A DNA stretch of 64,000 nucleotides. Origin: Podarcis muralis. Lineage: Eukaryota. Positions 57,600-64,000 of the stretch are shown piece after piece. The stretch lies in NCBI RefSeq assembly GCF_964188315.1, contig NC_135656.1, positions 107,136,001-107,200,000 on the forward strand. The letters run 5' to 3'. The translations under genes and the position numbers were made by a program. Within the stretch, counting starts at the first letter, position 1; each line of letters opens with the position of its first letter. A model generated the notes under the pieces. It worked only from the letters and a program-made list of their open reading frames with translations. It was not told the DNA's origin and ran no database searches.

Positions 57600-57722
57600 A
57601 CAGGCAGCAGCTGTCAAGATTGCAGTCCCAGCTCTCTGCAAGCCCGTTCAAGAGATGTCAGAGTTTGAAGCTGGAACCTTCTGCATGCAAAGCAGATGCT
57701 CCACCACTGAGCTATGGCCCTT
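57600..57722 (-). mobile_element. Old tRNA-Ala-like SINE
   Basis: Minus strand GGGCCATAGCTCAGTGGTGGAGCATCTGCTTTGCATGCAGAAGG; degenerate paralogues near 29490 and 37290. Confidence 0.6.
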
Positions 57723-57980
57723 TCTATGTGACTAGAGGGGGGGCAGAAGGGAAGATGGCGACTGGGGGAGACACCCAGAGAGGATGAGCCAAGCAAAAAG
57801 AAGCACACACTGAGCCACACTGATAAGAAATCTTTTTTAAAAAGCAGAGAGTAAGAACATCCAGTATGTGTACGAGTTTGTGAAGGGGAGAGGGTCAAGG
57901 GGGAAAAGACAGGAGGAGACTGAAAGAGAAAGAGATGCAGATTCTGTTACACTCCATAATGATCAATGTAAATCGTGGTA

Positions 57981-58343
57981 AAGGTAAAGTAAAGGTACCC
58001 CTGCCCGTACGGGCCAGTCTTGACAGACTCTAGGGTTGTGTGCCCATCTCACTCAAGAGGCCGGGGGCCAGCGCTGTCTGCAGACACTTCCGGGTCATGT
58101 GGCCAGCGTGACAAAGCTGCATCTGGCGAGCCAGCGCAGCACATGGAAACACCGTTTACCTTCCCGCCAGTAAGTGGTCCCTATTTATCTACTTGCACCC
58201 GGGGGTGCTTTTGAACTGCTAGGTTGGCAGGCGCTGGGACCGAGCAATGGGAGTGCACCCCACCGCGGGGATTCGAACTGCCGACCTTTCGATCGGCAAG
58301 CCCTAGGCGCTGAGGCTTTTACCCACAGCGCCACCCGCGTCCC
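57981..58343 (-). mobile_element. Sauria SINE (GGTACCTTTAC-tail subfamily)
   Basis: TSD TAAATCGTGGTA (57969-57980, 58345-58356). Confidence 0.93.
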
Positions 58344-58387
58344 ATAAATCGTGGTAGCTAAAGAGAAATGCTCTCCGCAACTCTTAC

Positions 58388-58835
58388 CCTGGGTGGCTTG
58401 CCTAATTCAGTCCAGCGCCTTGGCTCTTCTGCCTCAGCATTGTGTCCCATACTATGTGTTGATACCAGCACATCTACATGACTTTAGCAGTCTGATCTCT
58501 CTATCTCAAAAGGGGCCTTCAGGGGTCAGGATAAATGATTTTATGATGTTATCCAGGAGGATGGGAGAGGTGGAGGAAATTGCTCTCTCTCCCCTTCTTC
58601 AGCAGCTCTCTGAGGAACCATCATGAAGCCCCATAAGGGCCAGAACTCAGACTCAATCATTAAGGGGAAACTACATATTACCCTTCAGTCATGAGCAAAG
58701 AAGCCCCAAATGACCTGCCTCCTCTTCCCTTGCACAGCGTCCTCTGGAGGCTGTGACTTGCACCAGGGAAGGGATGGAAAAGAAAACACTACTTAACTCC
58801 TTAGGGAGCAGAAATCTTTGAATTAACTAGCTATG
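58388..58835 (-). promoter_or_regulatory. Putative promoter and noncoding exon 1 of OR-5
   Basis: Donor CCAGG|GTAAGA at 58388/58387; TCCTTAGGGA (58798-58807); GAATTA. Confidence 0.6.
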
Positions 58836-59471
58836 CAGAAATTTTCAAAGTTGGTAGGAGAAATTTATTTCATTGCATATGGATATTTCTGGGTATTCCA
58901 ATTAGCTGTTAGGAGACCTCATGTGGTGTCACATTTAGAGAACTGGATTTAGTTCAAGGGGAGATCAAACTATGGGCATGGGGTCCATAGGCTGGTGATT
59001 ACTGTGAGATAAAAAAACACTGGTTCTGGAGACCCTTTAAAACGAATTCTGAACAAAATTGGTGAAGTAGCCAAAAGGGTTATTGAAAGAAAAACATCAT
59101 TTCAAGATAGGTGACCAATGCAGGCACACATTGTTCAGGGAGTCACAAGCATTTTATCCTTTCCCTGAGCGCAAAAATTCCTCCTCTACACGCCCACCAG
59201 GAAGGGGCGTGCAAAGTTTACAGCCTAACGCGTCCGCCTTATTAACATATAATCATCCTACTTCCCCTTGCTAATCATTGCACAGATATGGTCAGAAGCC
59301 CCATTACAAAAATCTATTGACGTGAGCAGTATCTATTTTCTTTACACAAGCTGTCCTATTTACACGTGTTAACCATTTTATTTCTTCTTAATGCGAGCAC
59401 AAGCTAGTTTCATATCTGATGAAGCTAAAATGGCAAATCACAATTTGCTTACCAAAGGTTCCAGTCCTAGG

Positions 59472-60179
59472 TGTAAGAGGGTCTTTGCTTCTGGGTCCTA
59501 ACCACAAGCTATATTGAAGAAATGGGTTTCTGTGCAGTCAGTCTGAAACAGGACCCAAAATCCCCATTTTTCCTCCTCCAAGGGAGCATTTCTAAAATGC
59601 ATTAACTTGAGCTCTTGAGTCAATGTATAAACAGAAAGCCAGATGTATAAACAAGTGCTCAAAGCCCTCTCCTTTATCAGTCCGTGACAGCAATGGATGG
59701 CCTTGCCAGTTCCAAGTGGGGCAGGGATGGCACGTCTGGGTCTTATCTTACATCCTGACCACAAAGACGCACAGACCTTGTCAGGTCTGACAAGAGACCT
59801 GGGAACGGTGCCAGGAGTGCTCTTAGAGTTGGTGACCTCCTGCCCCAAGATAAGAATATAGGAACAGGAACAACCTTTTATGGTCAAGAGTACCGGAACA
59901 GGAACATCTGTTTATGGTCATGGATGTCAACTTAGGTGTATAAGCTGACGTGGTTGGATTCCTGGGGAAGGGGGGAGAGGGTGCCTGGAGGATATATATA
60001 CTGCATGAAATTTCTCATTTCTTTGGACTTGCTGTGGACTGACCACGCAAGTGCCTTCTGCTATCCGGAGAGCAGAATAAACCTTTTCTCTGAACCAAAC
60101 CTCGGTGTCATTTGACTTCCTTTCTCCCTCCCGGGAGCAACGCAGACTCCACCAGTTGGTAAAGTCTAAGAAGGCTACA
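59472..60179 (+). mobile_element. Probable solo LTR (ERV/Gypsy-like)
   Basis: TGTA...TACA termini; TATA-like GATATATATA (about 59992); AATAAA (about 60076); no TSD. Confidence 0.55.
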
Positions 60180-60580
60180 ATATGACTTTCCGAGCATTCT
60201 AACCACCAGTTTTGCTAAATGTGTATATAGCTATCTGTAGCCATTTGTGGTTAACACGAGCTCGGCTAATTTTGCAAACCTTGTCAAAGTCCATGCATCC
60301 ATTTGTTCTACTAGGCAGCTACTAATTTGCAACTCTTATCAGATTGTATGTGTCCTAGTTCTATCAGGCAGTCATCATCATCATCATCATCATTTATTTG
60401 TATGCCGCCTTTCCATAGCTAAAACAATGCTCCAGGCGGCTTACAGCATGACAAGATTTACATAATTCCCAACATAACAAAAGTCATAAACAATAAATAA
60501 AACACATCAAAAAGTACACAACCAAATGGAAAACTATTTCCACATGAATAATAAAATCTAAAACTAAGAATACAGCATTA

Positions 60581-60793
60581 CAGTGGTACCTCGGGTTAAG
60601 AACTTAATTCGTTCTGGAGGTCCGTTCTTAACCGGAAACTTTTCTTAACCTGAAGCACCACTTTAGCTTATGGGGCCTCCCGCTGCTGCCGCACTGCCAT
60701 GGCTCGATTTCTGTTCTCATCCTGAAGCAAAGTTCTTATTTCTGGGTTAGTGGAGTCTGTAACCTGAAGCATCTGTAACCCGAGGTACCACTG
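60581..60793. mobile_element. Tc1/mariner-pogo-type MITE
   Basis: TIRs CAGTGGTACCTCGGGTT / AACCCGAGGTACCACTG; TA TSD. Confidence 0.92.
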
Positions 60794-60835
60794 TAATGAG
60801 AATCACAATTTAAAATGACATAGATAAAAAATCTC

Positions 60836-61885
60836 TTCTCTTCTTCTCTTTGGCGATCACTCGTAGCCGAGTAAGATTGTCTTCCATAAACACAGTTTTA
60901 ACAATGAGTCCGTAATGGAGGCCAATTCTGGATCCACACTTCCTTCCACAGTGGGGACATTGGTTCCTGGGCAGGAGTTGATCACGGTGAGGGTTTGCCA
61001 AGCGTGCCTTCCTCTTAGCACATTTCTCCCTTGCGTTCTGAGTTCGAGTGTCTTCAAAGTCCATGACACCTTTGGTAAAGGCTGTTCTTCAATTGGAGTG
61101 CTCGCAGGCCAGTGTTTCCCAGTTGTCAGTGTTTATACTACATTTTTAAAGATTTGCCTTGAGACAGTCTTTAAACCTCTTTTGTTGACCACCAGCATTA
61201 TGCTTTCCATTTTTAAGTTTGGAATAGAGTAGTTGCTTTGGAAGACGATCATCAGGCATCCACGCAACATGACCAGTCCAACAAAGTTGATGTTGAAGAA
61301 TCATTGCTTCAAAGACGGTGATCTTTGCTTCTTCCAGTACTAGTTCGCCTGTCTTCCCAAGTGTTGTGTAAAATTTTTCAGAGACACCATTACTGGAATG
61401 TTTCGAGGAGTTTGAGGTGGCGTTTATTAGTGGTCCATGTTTCACAAGCATACAGTAAGGTTGGTAGTACAATAGCTTTGTAAACAAGCATTTTGGTTTC
61501 CCTGCGAATGTCCCGGTCCTCAAACACTCTGCACTTCAATCGGGAGAAAGCCGCACTCGCAGAGCTCAGGCGATGCTGGATTTCGGCATCAATGTTGACC
61601 CTTGTGGAAAGATAACTGCCTAGGTAGGAGAAGTGATTGACATTTGCCAACGTTACACCATTGAGTTGGATTTGTGGCACTGCAGAGGGGTTATTTTATA
61701 CTTGTTGGTGCAGCACTTTGGTTTTTTGGATGTTAAGCAACAGGCCAAGCTTTTCGTAAGCTTCTGCAAAGATATTTAGGGTGGTTTGGAAGTCATCTTC
61801 TGAGCGTGCGCACACTACGTTGTCATCAGCATACTGAAGCTCTATGACGGAAGTTAAGGTAACCTTACTCTTTGCTTTCAGCCTG
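60836..61885 (-). mobile_element. RTE-clade LINE, 5'-truncated, disrupted
   Basis: ELQYADD, FSYLGS, VLPTLLYACETW, GQQKRFKDCLKANL on the minus strand. Confidence 0.9.
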
Positions 61886-61928
61886 CTCATATAAGCAATT
61901 AAAAAAACAAAAATGGAGATCTCTCTGC

Positions 61929-61970
<42 letters not shown>

Positions 61971-62049
61971 ACACTCCTTTATGGAGCCTGTCAGGTCCCT
62001 TCCCAAGCAAGGTGGAGAGAAGCAGGGCAGGGCCCTTCAGGCTCCCAGC

Positions 62050-62745
62050 GGGTCAGAAAAATCTGGATAATGATGAAATAAAACTATTACAAGAAAAGAT
62101 AGGCCTAGATTTTGTGAAAAAAGTCAAGTATTTGGGTGTGAATCTGTCTGGGAAAAACTTGAACTATGGAATAAAATTAAGAGAGACCTAGAGATATGGT
62201 CAAATTTAAAACTGTCATTAATGGGCCAGATTTCAGTGGTTAAGATGAATGTATTGCCAAAGATGTTATTTTTGTTTCAAGCCCTCCCAGTCATAGACAA
62301 TGTGAAATGCTTTAAAGAATGGCAGAAAGCTTTATCTAGACTTATCTGGCGGCGGCGGCGGGGGGGGGGGGGCGGACCCAGAATTAAATATAAATTACTT
62401 ACGGATTCTAAAGAAAGAGGGGGATTCTCCCTGCCAGATTTGAAAATCTATTTTGAGGCAGCTGCTTTTTGCTGGATTAAAGAATGGATACAACTAGAAG
62501 GCACTGATGTTTTAGATTTAGAGGGATTTGATAATTTGTTTGGATGGCATGCATATCTATGGTATGATAAAGTAAAGGCCCATAATGCTTTCAAAAATCA
62601 TGTAATTAGGAAATCTCTGTACAACGTATGGATAAAATATAAAGATCTCTTAGAAAGGAAGACACCCAGATGGCTTTCACCAATGGAGGCGAAGGCCCAG
62701 AAAAAGTTAAATATGGATATCAAGTGGTTGAGGTATTCAGATTTA
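62050..62745 (+). mobile_element. L1 ORF2 internal fragment
   Basis: VKYLGV..KMNVLPKMLFLFQALPV..GGFSLPDLKIYF; no tail. Confidence 0.85.
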
Positions 62746-62754
62746 TAGTTGGAA

Positions 62755-62832
62755 GTAGCTGGAGTAGCTGGATGGAGGTTGGAGGTCACTGAAAATGGCC
62801 ATCCCATAAAAAAGTGACACCACAATCAAGCG
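62755..62832 (-). pseudogene. Short OR TM6-ECL3 fragment
   Basis: Matches [14 protein letters not shown] of the paralogues; position equivalent to the 53660-54001 fragment. Confidence 0.7.
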
Positions 62833-62950
62833 CAGGCAATCCAACATAAAAAAGAAGCTCTGGTTGCCATATAAGTGATCAGTGATGTTTTATTTATTTT
62901 TATTAAAATATAACCACAGAGCCTCTGCATGGAGTTGGGAGACAATGGTC

Positions 62951-63895
62951 TTAGGTTCTCTTTGTCAGTCTTCTTAGAGCTTTGTGCACCTCTTTGTTCC
63001 TCAGGGTATAGATTAGGGGATTGAGCATGGTGACAACGAATGTATAGAAAAGGGAAACCATCTTGCCCTGATCGCGGGAGTAGTTGGATGCGGGCTGGAC
63101 GTAGCTGAAGATGGCCGTCCCATAAAAGAGTGACACCACGATCAAGTGGGAAGCACAGGTGTTGAAGGCCTTCTGCCTGCTCTCTGCTGAGCGGATCCTC
63201 AACACAGCAACAACAATATAGCTATAAGAGACCATAATGAGGCCTAGTGGTACTATAAGGAACACTGCGCTAAAAGCAACAAGCAAAGCCTCGTTGAAGG
63301 AGGTGTCAACACAGGCCAATTTGATTAAGGCTGGCACCTCACAGAAAAAATGGTCTATTCGGTTCTCTCCACACCGTGGAAGCTGAACAGTCATCACTGT
63401 GTGCACTAGTGAATTACTGAAGCCAAAAAGCCAGGCGATGGCAGCCATCTTGAAACATAAAGAGTGGCTCATAATGGTAGTGTAGCGCAGTGGATGGCAG
63501 ACTGCAGCATATCGGTCATAGGCCATGACAGCCAAAAGGACGCATTCTGTAGAGCCCAGAGCAAGGGAGATGTGCAATTCAGCCACACAGCCACCATAGG
63601 AAATAGACTTCTTCTTCTTCCAGAAGCTCACCAGCATCTGTGGTCCAAGGCTGGTGGTGAAGCAAATATCAAGGAAGGAGAGGTTGCTGAGGAAGAAATA
63701 CATGGGGGTGTGGAGATGGGGGTCCAGCTGCGACACCACAATGATGGTTGTGTTTCCCAACAGGGTCATTTTATAGCAGGTCAGGATAAAGGCAAAGAGG
63801 AACATCTCCAAGCGTGGGCGGTCAGCGACTCCCAGTAAGATGAATTCTCCTTCATAGCTCTGATTACCTTCTTCCCACAATGCTTCCCTGTACAT
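62951..63895 (-). CDS. Olfactory receptor, family-2-like (OR-6), 314 aa
   Basis: Canonical OR motifs; acceptor TTCTAG 3 nt before the ATG. Confidence 0.95.
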   Translation of the reverse strand: MYREALWEEGNQSYEGEFILLGVADRPRLEMFLFAFILTCYKMTLLGNTTIIVVSQLDPHLHTPMYFFLSNLSFLDICFTTSLGPQMLVSFWKKKKSISYGGCVAELHISLALGSTECVLLAVMAYDRYAAVCHPLRYTTIMSHSLCFKMAAIAWLFGFSNSLVHTVMTVQLPRCGENRIDHFFCEVPALIKLACVDTSFNEALLVAFSAVFLIVPLGLIMVSYSYIVVAVLRIRSAESRQKAFNTCASHLIVVSLFYGTAIFSYVQPASNYSRDQGKMVSLFYTFVVTMLNPLIYTLRNKEVHKALRRLTKRT

Positions 63896-64000
63896 TATCT
63901 AGAAAAGGAAGAAACAAAAATAGCAAAATACCTACTCAAATGGTGCTGAAATAAACAGTTGGCACAAAAACAATAGTGGCATGGTTGCAAGACTGTGATC

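Noticed and set aside
26095-63838. Recurrent short alternative-frame and antisense ORFs inside the OR genes (MLHHQCGP.., MAHNGSV..)
   Set aside because: They recur only because the OR CDSs are paralogous.

Overview
Eukaryotic, repeat-rich vertebrate DNA, most likely a lacertid lizard (inferred from Sauria SINEs, BovB, and CR1/L2/RTE/L1 families). Left part: a very young Ty1/copia LTR retrotransposon (459-5192) with identical LTRs but a deleted RT core; a perfect 286-bp-arm palindrome built from a Penelope-like element end carrying two minimal hammerhead-like motifs (7278-7853); a CpG-island promoter (about 8130-8960) of an unidentified, probably bidirectional locus; and a single-coding-exon CHST4/5/6-type GlcNAc-6-O-sulfotransferase (18098-19243, minus). 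Right part: a tandem cluster of six intact family-2-like olfactory receptor genes (each 314 aa from the inferred start, all minus) plus OR fragments. Five of the six have a visible upstream noncoding exon/promoter module; the sixth's lies beyond the window. Because the duplicated units preserve empty and filled TE sites, several unusual insertion events can be read directly: a 59-bp target-site duplication, a twin-primed inverted L1, and a copia fragment replacing an intronic segment. No CRISPR, rRNA or genuine tRNA genes were seen. There is one assembly gap (11240-11368). Coordinates were read by eye; TE boundaries without a TSD are approximate, and family names come from recalled consensus features, not database searches.
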